Positions 53,905-63,909 of a stretch of DNA of 63,909 nucleotides are shown one piece after another. The number at the start of each line of letters is the position of its first letter. Positions within the stretch are counted from its first letter, which is position 1. The notes below the pieces were generated by a model that ran no database searches, was not told the DNA's origin, and saw only the letters and a list, made by a program, of their open reading frames with translations. Source of the DNA: Octopus bimaculoides (taxonomy: Eukaryota); assembly GCF_001194135.2 (NCBI RefSeq), contig NC_068994.1, positions 43,692,866 to 43,756,774 on the forward strand. The letters run 5' to 3'. The translations under genes and the position numbers were made by a program.

Positions 53905-54175
53905 GAGAAGCTTGCTTCCCAACCACATGGTTCTGGACTCAGTCCCACGACATGGCACCCAGGGTGAGTCTCTTTTGCTATAGACTCAAGTTAACAAAAG
54001 TCTAGCGTGTGGATTTGGTAGAGAGAAATTGAAAAAAAAAACTAGGTGTGTGTGTGTGTGAGTGTGTATGTGTGCATGTTTGTGTTTCCTAATCTTGACA
54101 TCATGTGGTTGCTGTAAATGAGTGTCGCTGTCTTACAAACAATGCCATTCATTTCCAATATTCTGTTATAAAAAT
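53905..54175 (+). mobile_element. Abundant SINE variant (RTE-tailed subfamily), truncated
   Basis: GCTTGCTTCCCAACCACATGG head and CTTGACATCATGTGG..AATGAGTGTC body, like 19845. Confidence 0.7.
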
Positions 54176-54186
54176 ATAAAATTATT

Positions 54187-54429
54187 TTTTGTTGTCTGGA
54201 GAGAGTCATATTGTCTTAATGCCTTATTATCTAACACACTCACCAGTTCGATTTCCACTCATTTATTATTTATATTTTTTCTTCCAAAATTTTCATTGCT
54301 TTCAATGGATAAAAGCAACCAAAAGTTTGGAAGAAAAAGTATGAATAATAAATGAGTGGAAATCGAAACGGTGAGTATGTTAGATAATGAGGCATTAAGA
54401 CAATATGATTCTCCCCAGACACAACAAAA
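54187..54429. repeat. Long imperfect inverted repeat (arms about 118 bp, 7-nt loop); fold-back/MITE-like
   Basis: 54187-54303 is the reverse complement of 54311-54429 with scattered mismatches; loop AATGGAT. Confidence 0.9.
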
Positions 54430-54993
54430 TTTGCTTCAGCACATGAATTCACATAAAGAATCTTGCAAACAAGATACAAAAACGAAGTAAAATAATTTTT
54501 TTTAATAAATAAGTAACATCACATTATCTTGGAAATGAATTCCAAGATATTCATGTTCTTTATCCATGTAATTAATAAGTAATTTGGTGTCTTGTAGGAA
54601 CATCTGACATTCTAAGTAAATTGAGGATTCATATCTTCAAGGCAGGTTAGCCCTTGTTCTGCTGGTGCCTAATTGAAACCTTTTGCACATTTGAACTATA
54701 TTCTCATTGAAGCCAAGATATGGTCCTGTGGAGACTACATGTAACCAGTACCAAAAAGAAGACACAAGAAAAAAAATGAAATGCAACTAAATAAACAATT
54801 TTATCTTTTGCATTTGTCTCATGCAATTACTGTTGCTGGCACTGACATGGCTGTGTGGTTAAGAAACTTGCTTTGCAATCCAAGGTTTCAGGTTCAGTTC
54901 CACTGTATGGCACTTTGGAAGAGTATTTTCTACAACCGAGCTGACTAATGCCTTGTGAATGCAATTGGTAGGCAGAAACTGTGTGGGGACCTG

Positions 54994-55035
<42 letters not shown>

Positions 55036-55039
<4 letters not shown>

Positions 55040-55200
55040 AGAATTCACAAAAAAACAAAAGACGAAGACAGGTGGTGTAGACAACAAATAGATGCATTAG
55101 TATAACGTTCGGGAAGTGAAAATGTCTTTAATGTTTCAAGCCTACGCTCTTCCACAGAAAGAAACAAGGAGAGAAAAAAAAGAATGTGTAGTGGCTAGCG
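55036..55200 (-). mobile_element. Short Penelope-like/non-autonomous element with a hammerhead-like motif
   Basis: Embedded in (TA)n; the minus strand contains TCTTT-CTGTGGA-A-GAGC-GTAG-GCTT-GAAA-CAT-T-AAAGA. Confidence 0.5.
55125..55162 (-). ncRNA. Minimal type-I hammerhead-like motif (variant core)
   Basis: Perfect 5-bp stem I, 4-bp stem II with a GUAG loop, GAAA, and a CUGNNGA core with U at position 6. Confidence 0.45.
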
Positions 55201-55351
55201 ATACAAGTACATATACATGTGTATATATATAAGTACATAGTCCACAGATGAGATGGGGGTATTCTCAGTATAGAAGGCACTTAGTAGTGCTCAAAAGATT
55301 CATGATTCCACAAGGTAAACAAAAGTTCTAAAAGGGATCAGGCTGAGCACG

Positions 55352-55500
55352 TATAGAGGCAATTATGGAGATGAGCAAATTAGGTGCACCAAATATATTA
55401 AATGCATTAAGTACATCAAATACAAAACGTATTTGATGTACTTAATATATTTAATATATTGGATGTGCCTAATTTTCTCATCCCCATAATTGCTTCTATA
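55352..55500. mobile_element. Palindromic MITE-like element (72-bp arms, 5-nt loop), TA-flanked
   Basis: 55352-55423 is the reverse complement of 55429-55500 with a few mismatches; loop AAAAC. Confidence 0.85.
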
Positions 55501-56639
55501 TATAAGTACATATATATGTGTATGTGTGTGTGTGTGTATATATATATATAGATACACATATACACGCGCACATGTATGTGTGTGTGTATATATATGTGTC
55601 TTTGTGTTTGTCCTCCACCACCACTTGACAACTCGTGTGATTTTATTTATGTACCCAATAACTTAACAGTTCAGCAGAAGAGACTGGCCAAATAAGTACC
55701 AGATTTAGAAAAAAGTAAGAGGATCAATTTGTTTGAGTAAACCCTTCAACATGGTGTACATTTAAAACACAAGAGAAGTATATATATATATATATAATAT
55801 ATAGTTTTAGGGAAAATAACCAATTTTCAAGAACTCATCGATGAAAATCCACTATCACATATAGAAAAATTAATAATTAAAAGCACAATAATTGAGTATA
55901 ATATAAAGTAAATTAAATATCATAAGATAAATATAATAAAAAGATTACACGTGTTTCATAACCAATTTTCAAATAGAAAAGAAATTTAAATCGATTAAAA
56001 TCAATTGAAATTATCGAAAATAAATTCTATTCAAAAATATAGCTACTCGGCAGATCGTAAGTAGAACAATAATTAGATATATATCTCAACCAACAATAAG
56101 TACCAAATGAATTAATATGAAATACTTNNNNNNNNNNNNNNNNNNNNNNNNNNNNNNNNNNNNNNNNNNNNNNNNNNNNNNNNNNNNNNNNNNNNNNNNN
56201 NNNNNNNNNNNNNNNNNNNNNNNNNNNNNNNNNNNNNNNNNNNNNNNNNNNNNNNNNNNNNNNNNNNNNNNNNNNNNNNNNNNNNNNNNNNNNNNNNNNN
56301 NNNNNNNNNNNNNNNNNNNNNNNNNNNNNNNNNNNNNNNNNNNNNNNNNNNNNNNNNNNNNNNNNNNNNNNNNNNNNNNNNNNNNNNNNNNNNNNNNNNN
56401 NNNNNNNNNNNNNNNNNNNNNNNNNNNNNNNNNNNNNNNNNNNNNNNNNNNNNNNNNNNNNNNNNNNNNNNNNNNNNNNNNNNNNNNNNNNNNNNNNNNN
56501 NNNNNNNNNNNNNNNNNNNNNNNNNNNNNNNNNNNNNNNNNNNNNNNNNNNNNNNNNNNNNNNNNNNNNNNNNNNNNNNNNNNNNNNNNNNNNNNNNNNT
56601 ATATATATAAATATATATATATATATATACACATGGAGG

Positions 56640-56677
<38 letters not shown>

Positions 56678-57031
56678 GGAGGTTATGAGCGGTAAGGGTG
56701 TCAATGAGACCCCGAGGTGTCAGCTAATGCTGAGTAAGTGCTATGGATAGGCCATAGTTATGCTCCAGGTTCGGTGATTATGCGAATAAGGGGTCCAACG
56801 TATCTTATCTAAATTAACTATTGCTTAACCATCTTCTCACACCGACTCCAATGAAGGGATATAATAAATATCTTGGAAATAGCTGTAAGACCTTCAATTT
56901 ATAAATGTTCTAAAATCTACACAGCCTTGGTTTTTTTTATCCCATTACAAAAAGCAAATATATATATATATATGTATATATTTACACACACACACACACA
57001 CACACACATGCACACACACACACACACACAT

Positions 57032-57069
<38 letters not shown>

Positions 57070-57907
57070 TTATTATTGTCAAACAGGAATAGCATTGACA
57101 GTGACTTTGAAGTTTTGACCAGCTAAGCCATCATCAGACTGTTGTGAGTGCTTATGTATATACATGTGTGTGTGTGTCTGTGTGTATTTTTCTGCCTGTG
57201 TTTGTCTCTCACCATCACTTGACAATCAGTGTCTGTGTGTTTACATCTCTGTAGTTTGAGATAAATCAGTAAGACATACCAACAGAATAAATACCAGACT
57301 TAAAAAATTAAGTACTGAGGTCAATTCATTTGACTAAAGATCTTCAAAATAGTACTCCAGCATGGCCACAGCCCAACAACCGAAAGAAGTCGAAAATAAA
57401 AGATGACTAAATTTATGATGAGTGAACTTACGATGGTCATTTTACGACCAAGCAAAACAACATCTGATTCCATCTCAGTTATGAGATCTAGAGAAGGAAG
57501 AGAATCTTTAAGAACGGTGATAAAATATGGCAATTTCCAGGGAACAAGGACAATGCAAAAATGCGTTGTTGGACATTAGATTGTGGTTGATGGTGTGCTG
57601 GTAAAAAAAAAAAAAAAATAGATGGTGGGAGAGCAAAGGCCAGAGAAATTGGGAATGTGAGACATAATAATAATGAAAAAAAAGAAACAAAAAAAAAAGA
57701 TAGAAGAAAAGAAAAAAAGAATTGGTATGAAAGGGAGAATGAAAGCATGAAAAAGATAAATTGAGTGAGAGAGATAAGTTGATAGAGGAGATGTGAAGGC
57801 AATATTGGGTAAGTGCAGGGTGGGTGGGTAAGAGGCAAAAACAAATCAGGAAAAAAAAAAGTAAAAGGGACTCACACCAAAGAAAGGAATCAATATAGAA
57901 GTATATG

Positions 57908-57960
<53 letters not shown>

Positions 57961-58841
57961 NNNNNNNNNNNNNNNNNNNNNNNNNNNNNNNNNNNNNNNN
58001 NNNNNNNNNNNNNNNNNNNNNNNNNNNNNNNNNNNNNNNNNNNNNNNNNNNNNNNNNNNNNNNNNNNNNNNNNNNNNNNNNNNNNNNNNNNNNNNNNNNN
58101 NNNNNNNNNNNNNNNNNNNNNNNNNNNNNNNNNNNNNNNNNNNNNNNNNNNNNNNNNNNNNNNNNNNNNNNNNNNNNNNNNNNNNNNNNNNNNNNNNNNN
58201 NNNNNNNNNNNNNNNNNNNNNNNNNNNNNNNNNNNNNNNNNNNNNNNNNNNNNNNNNNNNNNNNNNNNNNNNNNNNNNNNNNNNNNNNNNNNNNNNNNNN
58301 NNNNNNNNNNNNNNNNNNNNNNNNNNNNNNNNNNNNNNNNNNNNNNNNNNNNNNNNNNNNNNNNNNNNNNNNNNNNNNNNNNNNNNNNNNNNNNNNNNNN
58401 NNNNNNNNNNNNNNNNNNNNNNNNNNNNNNNNNNNNNNNNNNNNNNNNNNNNNNNNNNNNNNNNNNNNNNNNNNNNNNNNNNNNNNNNNNNNNNNNNNNN
58501 NNNNNNNNNNNNNNNNNNNNNNNNNNNNNNNNNNNNNNNNNNNNNNNNNNNNNNNNNNNNNNNNNNNNNNNNNNNNNNNNNNNNNNNNNNNNNNNNNNNN
58601 NNNNNNNNNNNNNNNNNNNNNNNNNNNNNNNNNNNNNNNNNNNNNNNNNNNNNNNNNNNNNNNNNNNNNNNNNNNNNNNNNNNNNNNNNNNNNNNNNNNN
58701 NNNNNNNNNNNNNNNNNNNNNNNNNNNNNNNNNNNNNNNNNNNNNNNNNNNNNNNNNNNNNNNNNNNNNNNNNNNNNNNNNNNNNNNNNNNNNNNNNNNN
58801 NNNNNNNNNNNNNNNNNNNNNNNNNNNNNNNNNNNNNNNNN

Positions 58842-60462
58842 GGTAGAGATAGTAATAGTAATATATATGGTGGTGATGATGTAGTGGTTATTGGTGGTTG
58901 TAGTGGTGGTTGTGGTGGTGGTGGTGGTGGTTGTGGTAGTGGTGGTCGTGGTGGTGGTAGTAATGGTTATGGTGGTGATAGTATTGGGGATGGTAGTGGC
59001 TATTGGTGGTTGTAGTGGTGGTGGGGATGATGGTAGTGGTGGTGGTTGTGATGTTGATAGAAATGGTTGTGATAATGATGGTAGTGGTGGTGATGATGAT
59101 GTTGGTGACGATGATGGTGACGATAGTGGTGGTGGTGGTGATGATGATGATGATGGTAACAGTAACTGTAGTTAGTGGTAGCAGTGGTAGTGGTAGAGGT
59201 GATGATGATGATGGTAATAGTGGTAGTAGTGGTGGGGATGGTAGTAGTGATGATGATGACGATGGTGGTGTTCATAGGTACAGCAGAGGTGGTAGTAGTA
59301 CAAGATGAAGATAGCAGTGGTGTAAGTTGAGATTGTGATGCTGGACTACTTAAAATGCAAATGGTTGCAGTACCAGTGGTAGCACTCCTGTAACTGGTGG
59401 TGGTGGTGGTAGTGGAGAGGATGAAGTGGTGGCGTCACCAAGAGTATTTCTAGTAATGGTGTAACTGAAGATTGTGGCCAAGGTAATGATGATGATGATG
59501 GTGATGATGATGATGATGATGATAAGGAGAAAGGTAATGACACCTATAATGAGAGTAATTGCAACGCAATCTACAACAACAATGACGATAAAAGTTAAGG
59601 TAGCTGTGGCAGTGGTTGGTGAGGACGGTGGTAGTGGTGGTGGTGTTGGTGGTTGTAGTGGTGATAGTGGTGATTGTGGTGTTAATAATAATTTCTAGAA
59701 TAAAGATGATGATGATGATAATCACAATAACAATGATGACAACAATGATGACAGTGATGATAATGATGATGACCGGGGATGATAACGATGACGGTGAGGA
59801 TGATGCTGATGAAGATGATGATAAAGATAGTGGTGGTGATGATGATGATGATGGTGGTAGTGGTGATGATGACAGTTGTAGCGGTTTTGGTGATAGTATT
59901 GAAGATGATGATGATGACGAAGATGATGACGACGACGACGATGATGATGATGATGACAGAGTAGTTGTTGTTGCTGCTGCTGCTGGTAGTTGTGCTGGTG
60001 TTGGTAGTGGTGGTGGTGATGATGATGATGATGATGATGATGACGACGAAGATAATGGCGGCAACAAGGAGAATGATGACGAAGATAATTATGATGTCAA
60101 TGATGTTGACATTGATGCTGATGTTGACAAGAGATAAAAAACAAAAAAGAGTGCAGAACAACATGCTGTGTTGCTTGCTTTATGGAAGAGAGGAAAAGAT
60201 GCCTGATTTCTGGATATATTCTTAACTATCACTATTCAAACGATGCCATCTCTGTGGGTAGTACCACACAGATACGAGAAGTTCGATCTAAGACATTCGA
60301 AACTGACTGAATAGCATTAATTTATTCATGAAATGACTATGAAAATGGAAGATCAAATTGTTAATCAAATTACTATTATTATCATCTTTATTATCATTAT
60401 CATTATTATTTTCCTTATTATTATTATCATTATTATTATTGTTATTATTATTATCATTATTA

Positions 60463-60498
<36 letters not shown>

Positions 60499-60510
60499 GC
60501 ATCATCACCT

Positions 60511-60541
<31 letters not shown>

Positions 60542-60548
60542 CATCATC

Positions 60549-60628
<80 letters not shown>

Positions 60629-60700
60629 TACTATTATTATTATTATTATTATTATTAGCATCATCACCTTCATTATTATTATTATTATTATGATTATTAT
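58842..60700. repeat. Compound trinucleotide field (GGT, GAT, GAC, then ATT/CAT)
   Basis: Directly visible; the source of many homopolymeric ORFs in the track. Confidence 0.9.
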
Positions 60701-61322
60701 TATTACTCTTCTTCATCTTTTTCTCCTTCTTTTTCGACTTTGCCATATTCTTCTTTTCCTTCTTTCCCCACCCCTCCACCACCACGACCACCACAAGGTA
60801 GTGTTCATTTTCTATTTTATCATACTATTCAAATCTAAGATGCTTTACAGAAAATATCAAATTGACTCCAGTACCTTGACGTGTACTTTATTTTATTGAC
60901 CACGGAAGGATGAAAAATGAAGTTAGTCTCTGTCAATATTATAATCACGTCATTTAAAAAAAAAAAAATTATTTATTTATTTATTTATTTATTGCCAGTT
61001 CCAGTTTCCATCGAGGAAAGAAGATGACAGTCAGCTGAAGGATGAGGTGTTATACTGTACAGTGTTGCAGACAAAGGAAAAGGTGAGATAAGCTGACTGT
61101 TGTCAATATAATAAGAAAAAGTAGCAACCAATCAGTATTTTTGGCACAAAATTAAAACTTTACAAAACTACATCGATAAATTTCCATTCTGTCTACCACA
61201 TTCTGTGCACAAGGCTCTGATCAATCTGAAGTTGTAGTCGAAGATATTGTGGTACTGAACCTAGAACTATGTGGTTACAAAGTCATACATTTACCCACAG
61301 ATCTATTTATTTCATTATCTAT

Positions 61323-61739
61323 TTACTCTTTTACTCTTTTACTTGTTTCAGTCATTTGACTGCGGCCATGCTGGAGCACCACCTTTAGTCGAGCAAATCG
61401 ACCCCAGGACTTATTCTTTGTAAGCCTAGTACTTATTCTATCGGTCTCTTTTTGCCTAACCGCTAAGTGACGGGGACATAAACACACCAGCATCGGTTGT
61501 CAAGCAATGCTAGGGGGACAAACACAGACACACAAACACGCACACACACACACACATATATATATATACATATATACGACAGGCTTCTTTCAGTTTCCGT
61601 CTACCAAATCCACTCACAAGGCTTTGGTCGGCCTGAGGCTATAGTAGAAGACACTTGCCCAAGGTGCCACACAGTGGGACTGAACCCGGAACCATGTGGT
61701 TGGTAAGCAAGCTACTTACCACACAGCCACTCCTGTGCC
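61323..61739 (-). mobile_element. Abundant SINE family, well-preserved full-length copy
   Basis: Colinear and highly similar to 17301-17697. Confidence 0.92.
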
Positions 61740-61801
61740 TACATATTTTTAAAATTTATTTTTCTTTTATCTTTCCTTTTTTTTATTGCTTTCATGTAGA
61801 G

Positions 61802-62056
61802 CAGTAGTCCCCAATATTTTTTGCCAATGGACCCCTTTAATTTCTCTTTTACTCTACTGGACCTCCATATCTATTTGATGTATATAAAAGAATCTTATTG
61901 TATTTTTATAATTGAATAACACTGAGAATTGTATAAAAAATTGTTAAAATGTTTTGTGTATTGTAGAAGTAGAAACAATTTATTGCACATAAATTTTAAC
62001 AACAAAACCTTATATGGACCCCCAAGGGTCATTTGGACCCTGCTTGAGAACTACTG
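61802..62056. mobile_element. hAT-type MITE
   Basis: TIRs CAGTAGTCCCCAA / TTGAGAACTACTG (11/13), 8-bp flanks ATGTAGAG vs ATGTTAAG (6/8), and repeated subterminal TGGACCC motifs. Confidence 0.75.
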
Positions 62057-62184
62057 ATGTTAAGATTTCCTCGTTATCTCATAAATGGTCAGTAAAACAA
62101 ACAATGTCTTACTTTGTTGTAGTGTCCATATAGTGGTGGTGAATATAATAACGGGGATTAATGTAAAAATTGTTTTCTTAGTCC

Positions 62185-62221
<37 letters not shown>

Positions 62222-62737
62222 ATAATTATTATTATTAGAGAGAGAGAGACAGAGACAGACAGACAGACAGACAGGCAGATAGACAAATGGCTTTACTTGT
62301 TTGGTACTATATTTATTGCTCTTTGAGGGGTTGTAAAGCAAACTTGATGTTGTTGTGCTCCTGAGATTCTCCCAAATCCATTCCCAATATGCTGATACAC
62401 CCTTATTCTTTATAATTCTTTTAATGTTTACTTTGCCCATCACAAGAGAGGATACATGGTTCTACATTGTTCCACTGTAATTTAAACAGAAAATCTATTG
62501 TAAGTTGAAAGGAAGATAGTTTTTAGTGGATTATGAACAACAGATTCGGTGATATATGATGATGTCATACAGAGGCTGATGGTGAGTTTTTTTTTTATCA
62601 ACATTGTCTATATTGAGAATTCCTCTCCTGAGGCAATCTCTGCAGAGAGGTCCTTCCTTCCATATTTTGAGTGCAAACACATATTAAATATAATTGGATA
62701 CATCTATATATATAGAGAGAGAGAGATAGAGATAGAT

Positions 62738-62824
<87 letters not shown>

Positions 62825-63380
62825 NNNNNNNNNNNNNNNNNNNNNNNNNNNNNNNNNNNNNNNNNNNNNNNNNNNNNNNNNNNNNNNNNNNNNNNNNNNN
62901 NNNNNNNNNNNNNNNNNNNNNNNNNNNNNNNNNNNNNNNNNNNNNNNNNNNNNNNNNNNNNNNNNNNNNNNNNNNNNNNNNNNNNNNNNNNNNNNNNNNN
63001 NNNNNNNNNNNNNNNNNNNNNNNNNNNNNNNNNNNNNNNNNNNNNNNNNNNNNNNNNNNNNNNNNNNNNNNNNNNNNNNNNNNNNNNNNNNNNNNNNNNN
63101 NNNNNNNNNNNNNNNNNNNNNNNNNNNNNNNNNNNNNNNNNNNNNNNNNNNNNNNNNNNNNNNNNNNNNNNNNNNNNNNNNNNNNNNNNNNNNNNNNNNN
63201 NNNNNNNNNNNNNNNNNNNNNNNNNNNNNNNNNNNNNNNNNNNNNNNNNNNNNNNNNNNNNNNNNNNNNNNNNNNNNNNNNNNNNNNNNAGACATATTCC
63301 ATATTCTATATCCCACATTAATTTTACAAGAATATAAATAAAACATAGAAAACAGACAGAGTTGGAACTCTTTTAAACAA

Positions 63381-63436
<56 letters not shown>

Positions 63437-63511
63437 TTATGTGGGTGTGTATATATATATGTATGTGTATATACATATATACAAATACATATACATATAT
63501 ACATACATATA

Positions 63512-63863
63512 TGGCACTCTCTTGGTTACTACGACGAGGGTTCCAGTTGATCCAATCACTGGAACAGCCTGCTCATGAAATTAATGTGCAAGTGGCTGAG
63601 CACTCCACTGATATGGGGAGATTCAGCATGACACAGAGTGTGACAAGGCTGGCCTTTTGAAAAACAGGTACATGAGAAACAAGAAGGAAGTTTGAGTGAA
63701 AGTTACGGTAAAAGAATACAGCAGAGTTCACCACCACCCCTTGCCAGAGCCTCATTTTAGGCGTTTTCGTTCGATAAACACTCACAACACCCAGTTTGGA
63801 AATCAAAACCACGATCCAATGACTGTGAGGGCACTGTCCTAACTACTGGGTCATTGCGCCTCC
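63512..63863 (-). mobile_element. tRNA-derived SINE, full length (same family as 28801-29178)
   Basis: The reverse complement begins GGAGGCGCAATGACCCAGTAG and ends GAGAGTGCCA. Confidence 0.88.
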
Positions 63864-63865
63864 AA

Positions 63866-63909
<44 letters not shown>

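Noticed and set aside
55805-56127. GAAACACGTGT palindrome and a repeated AACCAATTTTCAA as another hammerhead
   Set aside because: No CUGAnGA core at a suitable distance upstream on the same strand, and the element is cut by a gap.
60247-60272. Small hairpin ATCTCTGTGG-GTAGTA-CCACACAGAT with a nearby GTTCGATC
   Set aside because: Too short, and no further RNA-gene structure is recognisable.
61026-61100. 10-bp inverted repeat ACAGTCAGCT...AGCTGACTGT as a miRNA precursor
   Set aside because: The intervening sequence of about 55 nt does not pair.

Overview
AT-rich, microsatellite-dense animal genomic DNA, almost certainly a coleoid cephalopod and probably Octopus (inferred from the protocadherin type and the SINE families), with about 4.9 kb of N gaps. 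The only clear protein-coding gene is a minus-strand protocadherin. One large exon (14870-12480) encodes the signal peptide, six cadherin repeats, the TM helix and the start of the tail, and ends at a GTAAGT donor. A 151-nt second coding exon (9799-9649, ending YEEIP) is not in the ORF track in the correct frame. A splice acceptor 28 nt upstream of the ATG implies distant non-coding leader exon(s), with candidates near 31.9-32.2 kb (CpG-rich), 44.7 kb and 50.5 kb. The terminal exon is unresolved. The rest is intronic or intergenic: several tRNA-derived SINE families, decayed RTE/CR1 LINE relics, hAT-, piggyBac- and TA-type MITEs, two long fold-back hairpins, a 66-bp tandem array and long simple-repeat fields. 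The most unusual signal is up to four short motifs with minimal type-I hammerhead-ribozyme architecture, as known from Penelope-like elements, one of them forming the tail of a tRNA-headed SINE. All look degenerate and need a covariance-model check. Repeat coordinates are read by eye and approximate unless a TSD or splice site is quoted.
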